A stretch of 64,000 nucleotides of DNA from Phoronis australis (GCA_002633005.1 NMRA01000120.1:432423-496422), one strand, 5' to 3'. Positions 37,151 to 51,680 are shown, numbered from the stretch's first letter. Made by a program: numbers and translations. Notes: a model not told the origin generated them from the sequence alone.

Positions 37151-39917
37151 GACTCGGTTGGAGTTGTCGGCTGCTCTATAATCTTATTTTGCGGTTCTTT
37201 GTACTAACTTTGATCTTCTAGTTGTTGTTATACCAGTGAAATGGAGACAGGCCCGTGTCTGCTAACTGGCGCGTGACTTGAATAAGGTGGGACGTCGGGA
37301 TTGTCAGTTCCCTACCACTGGCGCGTCTTGAATAGCATAGAACCTCCCTCACCTTGTTTTATCGGTACAGTTGTAATCACTTATTTCGCTAATCCCTGTT
37401 CAACTTCTTTATTCTACACATTCTTGGCATTCCTTGGGAACAAGCTTTTTCATTCACACCCTGCATGAAATTTTCCGACGTTTGTATTTCTTTTGTTTTG
37501 AAATTAGCACTGGTTAATTCAAAACGATTTCATTTACAGATAAGTCCCGAGCAGATGACGACTGTGCTTCGCTACTGCACTTGAAGCACAGGCACGTCTT
37601 CACTTTTTACAAACTTTAGTAATATTTTCGTATGGCGATTATTTTTTAGAATGCAGCATAAAATAAGTTAATCATTGTTTTTTATGACTAAGAATTTAGG
37701 AAAGCAAAGTGTTGATTGGTCTTGGATTTCTCTGGAAAAACTGAGGCAGTGATCCTGTTTTTATTTTAGCTGTAAGTGTAATTTTACTTAATACTCCTGC
37801 AGTTTTTCCATAATGTAGCTAATAAATTTCATTACGCCAAAATATGAAATGAGTTCCTGAAGACAATTAGAGTGAGGGAATTATTTGTTTTCATTATGAA
37901 TAGTGAAACTCTAAAGTTAAATTCACCACCACCCTAACCTAACTTCTCTGAGTTCTTTGGTCACTAGATTGGGTATCTTTAACTCACTTCAACTATTATG
38001 CACACTAGGGCGAACAAATGACCTATCATGTTTAAGTCTTTCAAAAACAGGATTTTAAAAATATTTAGTGTATAAAAAGCTTGGGTTGTTCCCTGTACTG
38101 TCATACAATAACATTTGTCGCAATAGAAAAATGACAGTTTAAGCAATAATTATTTTGTGAAATAAATGAAGACTAACACGATCTAAAGATGTTGTACAAA
38201 CACCATGTTACATCACGGACATTGCGGAAATCCTACACAACCTGTTTTGACTTGTTACGGTGTCAAGTTCGAATTTTGCCATGACGAGTTTGGCTTCCTA
38301 GCAATGAGTTTGAAATCCAATGCAATGACTTTCAAGTTTTGTGAAATTTGTGGGCATTTTAGCCTTTTGGTATCAGTTCTATGTATTATTCCAAGACTAA
38401 ACTCTCCACAGTATGGACATGGGTATTCAAACTCGTACATGAATTTAGTAATTCCAGTCGAATTAGAATTTTATGTTGTGGAGAACACTGCGCTTGTTTG
38501 TAAAATTTAAAAATAAACGTTTTCTCAGATTGCAGATGAAATGTTACCAGTTGCACACATATTAGACAATCTATCTCAAAATAAAATGTTTGAATCATAC
38601 CAATAATAGACATTCAGTAGCAAGCGAGGAAACAAGTTGAACTTTAAGTTTTGACCTATTTCCCAAGGATGTAGGCACATGTGATTTTTTATACAATTGA
38701 TATACTGATTCATTATCGCACGATTTTAAAACAGACTAATTATAACATGAACAATTATGATACTATGACAATAAACACAATTATAATGATAATGATAATA
38801 ATAACAACAACACTCACTATGATGGTTATAGCAAAGAAAATAATATATTTCAGTTGTATTTGAACAGAATGAAAATGCTTAACATTTTACCAAGATATTG
38901 TTAAATTGTAAAGTACAAACCAGGCTAATATAAAAAAATAAGAACTTAAATTTTTATAAAATTGCCTTAACTCCAAGAATAACTTTTGATTCAGGCTACT
39001 TGTGCCATTATGAAATTGGTCTCAAAAATTTCCTTTACTGTGACTTCTGGGATTGGAAAGGACATAAAGTTGGTTTTTGCTTGAGATCAGGCCCAATAAG
39101 TGGACTTGTCACCCAGTGTCCAGATAAAAATCATTTCTCGTCAGAGTGAGAGACAAGTGGAGACTAATTTTATGATAGTGGTAAGTATGGTAAGTTTCTT
39201 CATGGAGTATATATTCACTGTTGTGCAGTGGCTGTAGTAGTTATCTCTTGACAGTAGCCAAAGAATCACTTTAACGGTGTTATAGAACTCTGTGCCCATT
39301 TGCATAAAACAGGCCCAAATAGGGACTCAACTAAGTTCCCTAAATCTTGTGCGTATTTGTTATTCACAGATGTTTCTATCATTTTATCTTTATTGTGAGC
39401 TAATATTTGACTGGTGACATTTTCTAATAATATCAATGAAAACTGAGCCCTTAATTCAATCTACATAATTAAGGACTTGGTTCTTAAATTAGGTGCGTTG
39501 CATGAAAAGATCCCTATGTATTTTAAATAGTGTTTAGAATTCACTCTCAGGTTTGTAACAAAATTGGCTTAACAATGACACTCAAATAGCATAAGAAAGA
39601 GCATTCACAAGCCCACAAAACTGCAGATATTTTAGGGAACTTAGTTGAGTCCCTCTTTTGTACAGTATCATGCAACTGGGCCCTTTTAATTTTTGTATTT
39701 AAACATGGCAATAAAATACGAATATATTTTGGAACCACAAAACATCAAAATTGCTGGACTTGGATTCTGCTATTTGTTATTTTTTAATAATTTGCAATGT
39801 TTTGTCACAGGTATCACTAATTATGTTTGCTATACATGAACTATGGTAATATTATGGTAGTATTGATACCAGAGACAGTGGAGAGGTCTTTTTTGATAGA
39901 CACACACACATATGGTA

Positions 39918-40219
39918 GGCCAAGTGCGACACAAGTCCAATTTATTAGTGCAATAATTTTTTGGCCAACCAGAAGCCACGAATAATATTACTGTAATTAA
40001 TATTTATTCCAGTAATACACATTTATTATTGGAAAAATCAACCAATCGGATGCCAGAAATAATTACAGTGATAAATATTTATTAATGAAATTGATATTTA
40101 TTCCGTTAATAAATATTTATTACAGTAATTATTCTTGGACTCTGTTTGGCTAAAGAATTATTATTGGAATAATCAGAGAATTATTACAGCAATAAATCTA
40201 ACTTGTGTCCCACTTGGCC
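39918..40219. mobile_element. AT-rich MITE with GGCC termini
   Basis: ta|ggccaagtgcgacacaagt...acttgtgtcccacttggcc|ta with internal aataaatatttatt repeats. A partial second copy lies at about 40290-40415. Confidence 0.8.
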
Positions 40220-41989
40220 TATAGTAGGCAAAGGCAACATAAGTCTGATGTATTTACCATACAACAGTAATTGTTCCTAGCATCTGATCGGTTCATTTAT
40301 TCCAGTAATAAATATTTACTTTTGGAGTAAATATTAATTATTGTAATAAATATTTATTACAGTAATTATTCCTGGCTTCTAATTGGCTTAAGAATTATTA
40401 CTGGAATAAATTGTGAATTATAGATTAGGGTGACTGTAATAAATAGGACTTCTGTTACATTTGGCCTACGATACACACATGCGCGCGCGCACACACACAC
40501 ACACACGCACACGCACAAGCACATACACAAATATGTATTTGTTTATTATTTATGTTTTCTATATTCTCAAGAACTGCTCCTGTGACTTCAGAAATCTTGA
40601 GTCCAAAGTGATCGGAGAAAATGATTGATTTACGCAAAATTCAGGACATTGTTTTCTCAAAGGTTTGTATCAAATTAGGCAAGAATCCATACTAATTTAG
40701 ACCCCTGCCCTCATATTCGAAATTATGCGTTTTTCCGGAATAATATTTAAGTTCTAAATTTGGCGCCCACCGTGTTGGCGCAAAGGTGTGCCAAAGCGGG
40801 TATCCCGTGTCTTCTTCAAACTGGGTTTTGTAAGAGTCTTGTCGATCATAGTAGGTTTCAACTATTTAGGCAATATTATAGTAAGTGAAAACACGTCAGT
40901 TAATAATCATTCTAGCAAGTTGACAAACGACTACATATTCTTGAATTACGATGCTGGACCATCGAACCAATAATGCACACACGAGAAATCTAGATCTGTC
41001 AAGGCACCGATTTGGCCATTAGTTTCATAATGTTCCTATTGAATAACAACACCCTTCTTGTCATGGTTATTTAAAATTCAATAATGATTAGTTTCCAGAA
41101 ATAATCCCCGAGATGAGAAGACACTTTGAATACACAATAAGATCATCGTTGCTGAAATCTCACCATAGTCTCATGAACTGACAAAAGCGTTTAGGCTGCA
41201 TGACACTCCCTGCAGATGTTGGTAATAAGCTCACCACAGCATGACTATACAACTACTGTCCAATGACGTGAACTCGCGCTCAGTCCTTTTGTCAGGTAAT
41301 TGAACAGACAAATGAAGCCACAAACTCAATCAAATCTACCTTTACTGAAATCCAATGAATTATGAAATCTGCCAATTGTTTGAAAAACACTAACTGCAAA
41401 AATAGCGATTCAATCAACATTCACAATTTTTGTGCTTTTGCCTACAAATCACAATGTGTTTGGTATGAGTTACAGCAAGAAGAGATCCTTTCCAGGTTAC
41501 AGTAACAATGTAAAAATTATGATTTGTTGCTGAAAACTATTATTAGCTTTTTAAGCTTTCCCCGTTACCCTTTGCAGTGAAATTCTTCCAATAAGAAATT
41601 CCGTTCGCCACAAATTTTTGTATAATTTCATTGCAAGTTATTAGGTTTAAACTGCATGATATTTTTCCTAATAATGCATAATTAGGTCATAAAGAATTTG
41701 AAATTTCATGAAAATTGGCTTTCTAGATTTTTTAAATCTATCTTTTCCTACCTAAAACGTCGCAGACGGAAAAGCGTACACGTGGGACATTATTAGGCCT
41801 TGGTATATTTCCTTTGTGTCTTTTTCTCCTTTTAATTTTGTAATAAAATAAAATTTGGTTAACATGAAAACAAAGAATTCCGTCGGCGACTCAAAGTTTC
41901 ACATTTTTTTAGAAAAAATCGTTATAAAACAATGAAAATGATGAAAGTACATTCTTATAAAATGTTAAATAGATTGCAAAGCATTGCTT

Positions 41990-42385
41990 TAATGTCGTTT
42001 CGTAATCATAGATTTAACATAATACATAAAAACATTTCTGATACTGTAGGTAATCATTTCAATTCCAAAAACCATAATATTCAAGATCTTTCTGTACAAA
42101 TAATAGAAAAACTCCAACACCCCAGTACCCCTCACAGACTTAAAAGAGAACAATATTGGATAGACAAACTGAATACAATAGAACCTCATGGATTGAACAT
42201 AAAAACTTAAAATATGTCATTGAATTTTTTACGCAAAAATGTATCATTTTCATTACACCATATCTTATATGTCAATTGTCATTTCGTGTTTGATTTTACT
42301 TTATTTCTGTTTTTGTTGATAAAGGAAGTTGTTACCTCCGAAAATTTCAAATTTCAGTTGATCCATTCTTGTTGTTTTATTTACC
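41990..42385 (+). mobile_element. 3' fragment of a Penelope-like element (GIY-YIG C-terminus and 3' region)
   Basis: FRNHRFNI...VGNHFNSKNHNIQDLSVQIIEK...RLKREQYWIDKLNTIEPHGLN is the typical PLE endonuclease end. A hammerhead-like motif lies at 42316-42350. Confidence 0.9.
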
Positions 42386-42445
42386 NAGAGATTCCTGTTT
42401 TGATGGATGACAACGAATCGAAAGTTGACCTTTTTACTCATCATA

Positions 42446-42725
42446 CACAGGCCGATTTAGGGGGCTGCCCCCCCTGGCTGTCGCAAGCAAAATGAAACAG
42501 CAACAGCGTGAAGCGTGAGGAAATATTGAGCATTAAGTTCAGTTACGAGGGCCGGTAGCGGAATCGTGTTCCCGTTATTTTTAATCCATCGACCGGTAAA
42601 TTTTCTGGACAGCAGGCCCACATGCCCGGCCCCTGCGACTTTCGTGCCGCCTGTGCACATACACTAGCGCTTTGCACCCGAGGCAACATCTTAGGCCCCC
42701 TTATGTTATCCTAGATCCGCCACTG
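42446..42725. mobile_element. CA...TG MITE with 5-bp TSD TCATA
   Basis: tcata|cacaggccgatttaggggg...ctagatccgccactg|tcata. Related pieces occur at about 22597-22760 and about 50720-50817. Confidence 0.7.
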
Positions 42726-42899
42726 TCATACTATCGAGCATCTATGGTCTCGTGACATGCCATTACGAACGCAAGTCACAACCAATGTACTAATGTGCCA
42801 TTTTTTGAATTCGCCTACCTGGCTAGGAAGCGTTTTCTTCAAGCGCTGATGGTTTCAATTTTCTATCTACATTATAGCAAGTGTAGTCAGCGAGTTATT

Positions 42900-45800
42900 T
42901 GAAATTGTGACATCGCTTTATGGTTCACCGATATTTAAAATTGGAGAGCATCTGTGTTAATTTTACTTACTGAAAAACATCGTGATGGCTATCTTATCGA
43001 AACTTTAGATTTAAAGGTTTTAGTAAATTAGACCTTAGTTGTTTATCACGGTTGATGACAAGATGAGAGCACATTTAATCAAGCATCACTAACTCCATAA
43101 CAATAGATCAGCCATAAGGCACACGAGGGGTGCAGCCTGAGCCTGTTGATGTTGCGACATACTCTTTTCCTGGAGCTCTTGGGTAAAAATGCAGAGTCCT
43201 GGGGTAAGATTGTCTGCAAAAGGTGCAAATGATAAATTTTACTAAAGGAGACGCTGAAAATGAAAATGTGATGACTTAAGAATTGAATGCGTCAGCGTAG
43301 CGTTTGGCTGCGAATGCGAGGGTAACCGTTTAGAATCCGTGCTGGAGCTGTTTACCGAAAATCATTGATACATACATTTATATACATATATATATACATA
43401 TAAATGTATAGGTTGATCAATATCTCGGGAGTACACTAAACATATTTGACTCACGTCTTGCCCAAAATTCGGGACATCACTTTCTCAAAGATTTGGTCCA
43501 AATTAGAGAGGAACCTGAACTGAGTTAGTTCCGCGCACCCGTATTCAAAGTTATAATGATTTTTTTCAGAATATTACTTAAGTTCATGAGTTTGGCACGC
43601 TATGAAAACAAATTCTTAATAGCTGGCAATGCCTTTCATTGAAAGCCATGAAATCCTTAAACTTTACTATAATGTACTTATACTAGTCAACGTGACTATG
43701 ATGCCGTCCCAACATGTCACGTAGACCCATTAAGCTTAGGCGTTCCTGCAAAGCCATCTTCAAAAAAAAAACACCGTTCTACGCCGGGACTGGGTACCGT
43801 GGAGACGAAAATAAACATCTCTGCCCTAGCAGCACGTGCTTTCATTCTCCGTCCCGCTATCATAAGGCCGATTTCTCGGTTTTCGCAAAGCAATTCGAAA
43901 CGGCATTTCTTTAATTCTGTTTTTCGACAAAATAGCAATAGACACGGCATGAGCACGGCGAGAATTTCTAGTTACAGACCGTGCCCCAAAACCTTATGAA
44001 TATTTGGACACGTTTGCACTGCTTATTGAACCTATTTATTGTACGTGGAGAACCCTTTCAATAAGCAACATTTCGTTTTGTTCAGCTGACTAAAAAAACG
44101 AAACTTGAGCTGGGCCTTTTACTCTCATCAAATCGGTCTCATAACATTCGTGACCATTGCCACTTTCTTTTTACCTAATAGTGCCGTAGTCAGCAAGTCA
44201 TTAGAACTTGCTGTGACATCAGATCATAGTTCACCGATTTTTAAAAACTGAAGACCAATTGTGTTAATGTTCATTGCTGAAAAACATGGTGATGGCTAGC
44301 AGGCCTGAGTTGTTTATCACGGTTGATGACGAGATAAGATCACGCTTAATCAAGCATCACAAACTCTAACAATAGATCAGCCCTTTAGTCCATGAGGGAT
44401 GATGTCAGCAGGCAGTCACCAGGTGGCGAAACCGTCTTGACTATTTAGTCACATTAGCATTACATATTGATGCATATACATATACATATTCCATATATTA
44501 TTATTCTGTAAACTCAAGAATTATTCTTGTGAATTGAACAACTGTTTCAAGCAGCTGGATTGATCGAGATGTCTAGAGTAAACAAATATGCTTGGACTAA
44601 TTAATGGCCAAACTTTGGGACAATATTTTCTCAAAGAATTTGATCATGTGGCCCGGGGAGGAACTTAGGCCTTCGCACCCATATTCGAAATGACTTTTTA
44701 CCCTAAACGTTTGGGTTAACGCCCATGTTCAGTTAACCGCCCTCCCCCTACTTTAGGTGGATTTTCGATTTAACCACCCACTGCTNACGCCGCCGGCGTC
44801 AAAACCTCCGCTTTCAGCGACTTTGTCTGCCGCGCTGAGTTTCCGTCTGCAGTGCACTAGATAAAACATGTATTCGAAAAAATCTGGCCAGAGAAATGTG
44901 ACAATGGTTTTGCCAACCCTCCAAATTCTATTAAGGTGGGAAGCTCTCGTATTTTGATAAAATCTCACAACTCACGGAAAGATGCCAAATTCTCAATATT
45001 TTGATGAATATAACCAGGGCTCGACATTAAATTTTATTTTAACTTGTCCAGTCGGACAAGTAGAAATGAAATTTACTTGTCCTGACCTATAAGACACTTG
45101 TCCAAAGATAATTAAACTCAAATTATACTTTTCAAACAATGTGAATGTCGCACATTATACTTGTGAGTACAAACTCAATAACCATGTGTAAGAGCATATA
45201 TTACACGACATTTAAACTTTACACAAGTTTATGAATTTTAAAGTGGGTATTTGTATTTGGATTTCACCAGTGAACACGCTACAAGTTTACCTTGGCTTTT
45301 CAATTCAGTTATATAACGTATTTTTATAAGCTGCTGAGTGAGCCGTCGACTGTTCATGACTTTTCAAAGATTCAATCCTGAACACATCTGACCCAGACGC
45401 AACAGATGAACCATTTGCGTCGGCGTATTCTTCACACGGGACACAACACATTTTACTTCTGGTCGCTATCAAACCGTACGGTAACCAGTCAAAACCTTTC
45501 TTTCATTTCGGAAGGAATTACTGTTTTCGTTTATTAGTTTCCTACTGTTACTTGGTCGTGATTTCACGCCCTTTGATTTGGTTACCAGTTGCGAGATCAG
45601 AACTCCTTGACTTGAAACCATACGCAAACTAACTACCGTACTCGGCCGCGTTACCGCCCAGGGCGCATAAACTGGGAATCTAAAAAACAGGGGATGGGCG
45701 GTAAGCCGAGCATGGGCGGTTAAAATCGAAATTTCGGAAAAGTCAGGAGTTGTTGCTTACTGCACGGAGGACCGATTTCAGCCGAACGGAGATACACTGA

Positions 45801-47310
45801 CGTCGGACTTCAAACAAATCAGTTAAAATATAGGTCGGGGGATTGAAGTAACGGACTTCGACGGCCTGCGCACAAGATACAGTGGCGTCGTAATCCTGAG
45901 CGTAATTGGGTTTTTACGTACCTCGGTGCTGGTCATCTCTTAGAACTAAGGTATTCCTATAGGTAGGCGTGTGTTCAGTAGGACAAGTTTCTTGAGAGAA
46001 AAGACAGATCAAGCAAGACTCCGCTAGTTTGCGGTGTATTTTTAAGGGAAGCACTTCATTGCGTAAAGATTTGCTGGACACTTAGGCAACCATGCACGTG
46101 CTAATGATTGACAGGTCTTCTTATTGAATACTTTGAACAATGAAACATTTTATATACATTGTATATTTCTTTTTTAGTTCAAAGCCAACACCGCTGCCGA
46201 AATAATGAAGCAAACGCACATTTTGTAAAAAGTCATCAGGCAAATCAAAAAATAAGTTTTTGACCACGTAGAACATGGACAAAATGTTCGACTTGCACTA
46301 ATGACAAGTTGATTTTTGGGCTCTTGCCTTTGGTTGGGCGCTTCCATTTTGGTGTCAGGAGAGAAAGTAATTAAAAATATGCGTTTAACCAAGATGGGAA
46401 CAGCGACACAAGTTGACGTGTCACAATGGACCATGTTATGCTTCGTCAGTGTACTGCCACGGGGAACAGCGGCGGATCTAGGATATCACAAGAGAAGGCC
46501 CAACATTTTGTCTGTAAACATTTACTCAAAGCACGGTTGTAGACGCGCATAGCAACGAATGGGGGAGGTCGGGAGGGGGGTTTGCCCCCTCCCGCCCAGG
46601 AATTTTTATGTTTTTTCCTCTAAAAATCAAGCATTTTCCTTGATTTCCGAAGTATTATCCAAAAAAGGTAAAAAAGACACGGAGACAGTGTCAAACAAGA
46701 AAAAACTGCACGCCCCACAGACTCGGACTCACGAGCTGTCGGATAGAGTGCGCGTGCTTTACCACTGCACCACCACAAATTTACTCTTATTATAAAGATA
46801 CTAAGAGACCTACTTCTTATGGTCCACAGCGTTTACAACTAATTTTAAAACTGCTCTCTGACTATGAACTTTACAGCTAGTACGAGACTGTAACCATAAA
46901 TAATTTGATGTCTCCCATGTTTGGTTAACCGCCCACCCTAGATTTCTTGAAATTTCACGTTTAAGCACCCATGTCTGGTTAACCGCTCACCCTTGATTTT
47001 TTTGGGTTTGCCAATTTAACCGCCCAGTGCGTTAATCCGAACGTTTATACGGTAATATTACTTGAGTTCATGAGTTTGGAGCGCACCAATGTTGGCGCAA
47101 AGTGCGCCTGAAACGGGTGTCATGTGTGCATGTCATTTGAAGTTGTTGGCATATCAGTTCATAGTTCACCGGTTTTTAATAATTGAAGACCAACCCTGTT
47201 AATTTCCTTTGAAGAAAAGCATTGTGATGGTTACTTTCTTGCAAATTTAGGTTTAAAGCTTTTGTCAATTAGTACTGTCTAGTTGTTTATAACAGTTTAT
47301 GACCACAATA
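42900..47310 (+). repeat. Degenerate local tandem duplication (about 1.3-kb period) interrupted by nested elements
   Basis: The block gttcaccgat...gttgtttatcacggttgatgac recurs at about 42900, 44210 and 47150. The ttctcaaag...tattcgaa block recurs at about 40640, 43460 and 44610. Confidence 0.7.
44701..47052. mobile_element. pogo-type element (same family as 2032-3590) carrying nested insertions
   Basis: TA-flanked ends ccctaaacgtttgggttaacgc / gcgttaatccgaacgtttatacgg. Internal features are an hAT-like end cagggctcgacatta (45015), another taccgta end (about 45635) and a family C fragment (46467-46845). It spans the N at 44786. Confidence 0.6.
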
Positions 47311-48257
47311 TAGGTTGTGTTGACTGGCGTCCCTGCTTAGCTGACAGTATTGAATTCCTAACCGAAGCGCTTTGGTTTTTAAAAATATTTCCACGCTCAT
47401 TACATCTTGTTTTTGAAATACTGCAGACTGAAACGATATCTAAAGTCATGGAAATGTGCACATGTGCCATTTTCGAATCCAAAATTTTAGAGTTGGCCAA
47501 TGTCAATAAATTTTAAAGCGTTTTCTTGAGTCGATGACTCTTGATGTCAATGTTCCTATCACGGTAAATGATATTATGAAACTGAATTTATGAAAATTAC
47601 TAAAGGTCTTAACTCGAGTTTCGTTTTCAGCCAGATAAACAGCGAAATGCATCTTTAAATATGTAGACTTGGAATCAAAATGCCACCTACAAAGACGTTA
47701 ATTCTACGGTATCTGCCACCCATGACGACTCCGGCGACCGCAGCTGTTCACAGATGGCGCGCAGAATGTTCGGCGCCAGATCCAGGAAAAGTCCTGGGGC
47801 ATAGTTTCGGGGTATTTAATCCATGCCATCCGGTAAGAATGGTTGAAATTGTCTCCCGATCTTTGAACACAAATAAGACCACCAATGTCACCAGGAGCAG
47901 ACGTTTAATGTTATTCTGCTTCTGACATTAACAGCCAGAATCCAACTTGTGTTTTGCAACTTTATTTCAAATATTTTCAGCTGCTCGTTCTAGAGTAGAA
48001 CAAACCTGATGCGTGGGAAATATATGGACTCCATAAACGATATAAATAGTGACAAAACATCCGTGGAGTCCAAATGTAAATATGTTCTTCCCGCCTGTCG
48101 TCACCCGAGGTTGGCCCATTTGTCACTTCAGACCGCACTCGCAGACAATCATTCCTAGCATTTACTGCGTAAACACAAGCGTGTAATTATCTACACCTCC
48201 ACTGTCACCAGATTACATGATCGCTGGCGGTCTGGTACAGTGTTAAATTCGGCATTC

Positions 48258-48756
48258 GTAACGGAAGGCTAAGTATAGGCTCTCCCGCGGTATCCCAGGC
48301 GACCGGCAGTGGCGCTGCGCACTACGACTCCGTTTCCGTCGTCTGCTCCACTGTGCAATGAAGAAAATTTACTTCATTTTTTAAAGAAAATGGAACCTGA
48401 GTGACGATGAAAAAGCAGAAGCTGCTGGTAAGATGTGAATTTTAATCGAAGCCTTAGTGAATCACTCAGAAACTCATAATTCTCTCTTTCTCAAACCTTA
48501 ACTTAAGACGACTTCCAAAGCAATCCCGTCATTATTGCCAACACGAAAGACGAATTTGGATCTTTTGGGCATTTGGAGACTATTTTAAATACAACAAATT
48601 TGTTAAGAACCGATTGCACAAAATATAAAACGTGTACCGTAAGCATTACAAAAATTAGCAGGTTTCGCGCGCAAACGCTGTGGACCATAAACAAGTAGGT
48701 TTCTTATTATGGGGTTAGTAGATAAGTCATGGTGCCCCCCCCTAAATCCGCCTATG
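48258..48756. mobile_element. Rearranged fragment of MITE family C
   Basis: About 48258-48720 is the reverse complement of about 53505-53965, followed by the family's right terminus cccctaaatccgcctatg. Confidence 0.8.
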
Positions 48757-49699
48757 TAAACGAAGCTTAATCAAGATGGGAAGGATGATATGAGGCTACG
48801 TTTTCCCTGCAACTGAATAAATATTTGTAAAAAAATACAGAGAACGTGCGAAACAAGAAACAATTAACCGTTGAAAACGCATTAATCAGGTCGTCATAGC
48901 TTAGTAAGATAAAAATCTGATCATGATCAAATGGCCTCATTTTCGAGATCTACCGACCAGACGAACGCAATATAGGGTAGCTACCTTCTGACACAGCGCC
49001 ACCTATACTGAAAAGTGGCCAATGAGCTATATACATCGTTATATTTATCTCATTCAATTGAAAGTGGCCCTGTGGAACCGTGCTGAACGACACACGGAAT
49101 TCCGTGTGTGGGCATCAATGCGCATGCTTAGTCGAAAGTTATAAATCGATCACATCGCCACCACTTGCACACGCCTTCAATGCACTGTACTCGTTTAGGC
49201 TTAGCCACGGGCTCCTTTGATTTTGTTTACTTCGACCACTGCCCGTTTTCATAAATTGCAACTATTTAAGTCAGGTGGTCGCCAAACTACACAGGCTAAC
49301 AGTAACCTGAAAGGGATTTCCCAGATATCAACCGAAGGGAATGACTGGATGTTATGACGTCAGTTTCATTACTTTAACCAATGTGAAGCCATGCTTGCAC
49401 AAGCTTATTTTTGTTAAACTAGGAAAAAGTAACGAGAGTTCAGGCAACTGTCAGGTGTGAAGTTTTGAAAAAAAAAATAAATAACGAGATGGCAGAAGCA
49501 AAAGCGAGACGAGATCACTAACACGGTTGTAATAAAAATCCTTCGCACGACCTAGGAACCAAGGCAAGACAAACCAAACCAGTAGCGTCATATATCCAAG
49601 TCGAACTTTTCGTATAGTCCGATTATCAAGGAAATGCATGGGTCCTGTCTTTTATCCACAGCATGTGCTTGTCCACAGGACATCCACCTGCGCCGCGCA

Positions 49700-49961
49700 C
49701 ATGCGCTCACCCAAGGGGGGCTCGGGGGGCTCGAACGAGCCCCCCATTTGGCGAAGTGGGCAAAAAGGTCCGCCCCTGAGAGACAAAAAGTCCGAGAAAA
49801 CCGGACAAAAGTCCACTAAATAAGCACAAGCACAAACACCGTGCGCAATTCACAATGGCGCTTCCGTGTTTTTTTTTAGTCCGCCCGCTTTTTTGTTAGC
49901 AAAGGGACCACAACCGTCGGGAATCCGAGCCCCCCCATATTGAGCGCTGGGTGCGCGCATG
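49700..49961. mobile_element. MITE family B copy with 5-bp TSD GCGCA
   Basis: gcgca|catgcgctcaccc...gggtgcgcgcatg|gcgca. Confidence 0.9.
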
Positions 49962-51563
49962 GCGCATCATCAAAACTTAGAAGCATGCGCCTATATGAGT
50001 AAAAAATTTTCTCTAAAAACGCGTTATTTCAGCTATAGGCGCATGGGCCTAAGCCCATTATAGCCCATGAAGATTATGCACGACGCAGAGACGGTCGCGA
50101 GTGAAAGCTAAAGCGTGCAATGAGTAGACCCTTATTGCTTCGTTAGGATTTATATCAGCTACCGTCGAAGAAGAGAATATTATTGTTTTACCAGATAACA
50201 CCGATGATTTCTGGCGTAATCTAAGCCACGATATGTACGTCAGTATTATGTTTGCCAAAGGTACAACTTGGCACCGATTAGGCCAGATTTATACAGAGTT
50301 GGTAATGTAATTATACATGAACATATTGGGTACCGTAAATATACAGAGTGGGTGACTCTGTAGGCCTACATGTAGAGCGGGTACGGTGAGGTACATTTGT
50401 ATCTTGCCATGATAGACATATGCATTGGCGCAAACGTTTGTTTTTCCCGGTTAATTATCCAATGAGTTCGAGTACATTTGCACCAATGGTAAACAATAAT
50501 AATATTATTACGCTTTATACTTTCAGTTAAAAACTACATAAAAACAAGTTTAGTATAAAAATTTTCAGCCAAAACTTGAAAGGGGCATTTCACCACTGTT
50601 CGGCTGCTGAATCAGTCTACCGAAAACCTTTGTCATGTTTGTGGGTTGAATTCGTTGTTGCCTACATGGGATTGGCCAACCTAATCTCAGCGTTCTCTTG
50701 GTTTCAATGCTCGTGAATCAGCAACAGCGTGAAGCCTGAGGAAATATCGAGTTCAGTAANTGCCCGCCAATTCCCCGAGGCAACGTGTGGGCCCCCCGTT
50801 ATGGTAGGAGACCACTGAATGTCATGAGTGTTAAAAGTCCGATTCGACTTTCAGTTTTATAGACTGAGAGCTAACCGCGAAATAACAAAAAAAATATGAA
50901 ACACATTTTCATATTCTCTGATCGTTTGATAAAGCCTAGTTTCTTGATATACGATTTAGAATGGAGACCACTCAATAAGGTTTGAGATAACTTGCACGCT
51001 TGGTCACTGAAATTAGTTAGAAACGCGACATATAGCGACAACGTGAACTTATGTGAAGTAGGTTGGAAGTTAACAAAATGTTTTTAAGAACAAGTTGTGG
51101 GTCGAAAATGAGCCGCCGTAAACCATCTTCAGCCGTGAGTGAGTAGCCTATCGTGACGTGGTGTTGTGGAACAACACTGCATGGTGCGTCCGTGAGCCCC
51201 CGCAAGGTACTTCACCAAGAACGCAAAGGTCACCGATTTGCAGAATTTTTTGTCTTATCATTTAAAAGTTGTCAGGGAATACAACTACACTTTGGTTAGC
51301 GCAGATGATGTCCATGAAACAGCATTGTCCCTATTTCAGCAACTTCAAGACTCATTTTATGTCCTAAAACGGTAAAAATTAAGGCCACAATGTTTGTGAG
51401 GCAAACCGAGGGTTGAAATGATTGCCCAGGACCTGATCGCGACTGATGGGAGGGAAAAATAGATGTGCCGGTCAAATTCGCACTTGGTTACTGTCCCCAA
51501 TGTGAAAACACCGACGAGATATTTTTATGTAGTACATTTGGAACAACAGAGCTTGTGCATATA

Positions 51564-51680
51564 CAGGGGCAGGGTATTAGCTAGGATTTTGCCTGTCAGA
51601 CATTCGCACCCCACGAGCTGCCAAATGGAATTTGAGAGAATTTTAGGGGAGGGGGGCTCCTCCCTCTCAATCCGCCACTG
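51564..51680. mobile_element. MITE family A copy with 5-bp TSD ATATA
   Basis: atata|caggggc...aatccgccactg|atata. Confidence 0.85.

Noticed and set aside
38255-38440. ORF starting MYEFEYPCPYCGE, resembling a zinc ribbon
   Set aside because: The second Cys pair is incomplete (CPQI), there is no convincing splice context, and it is only 61 aa.
47990-48160. Faint BED-finger-like W...CKY pattern
   Set aside because: It needs two frameshifts and lacks the His pair, so it is too weak to call.
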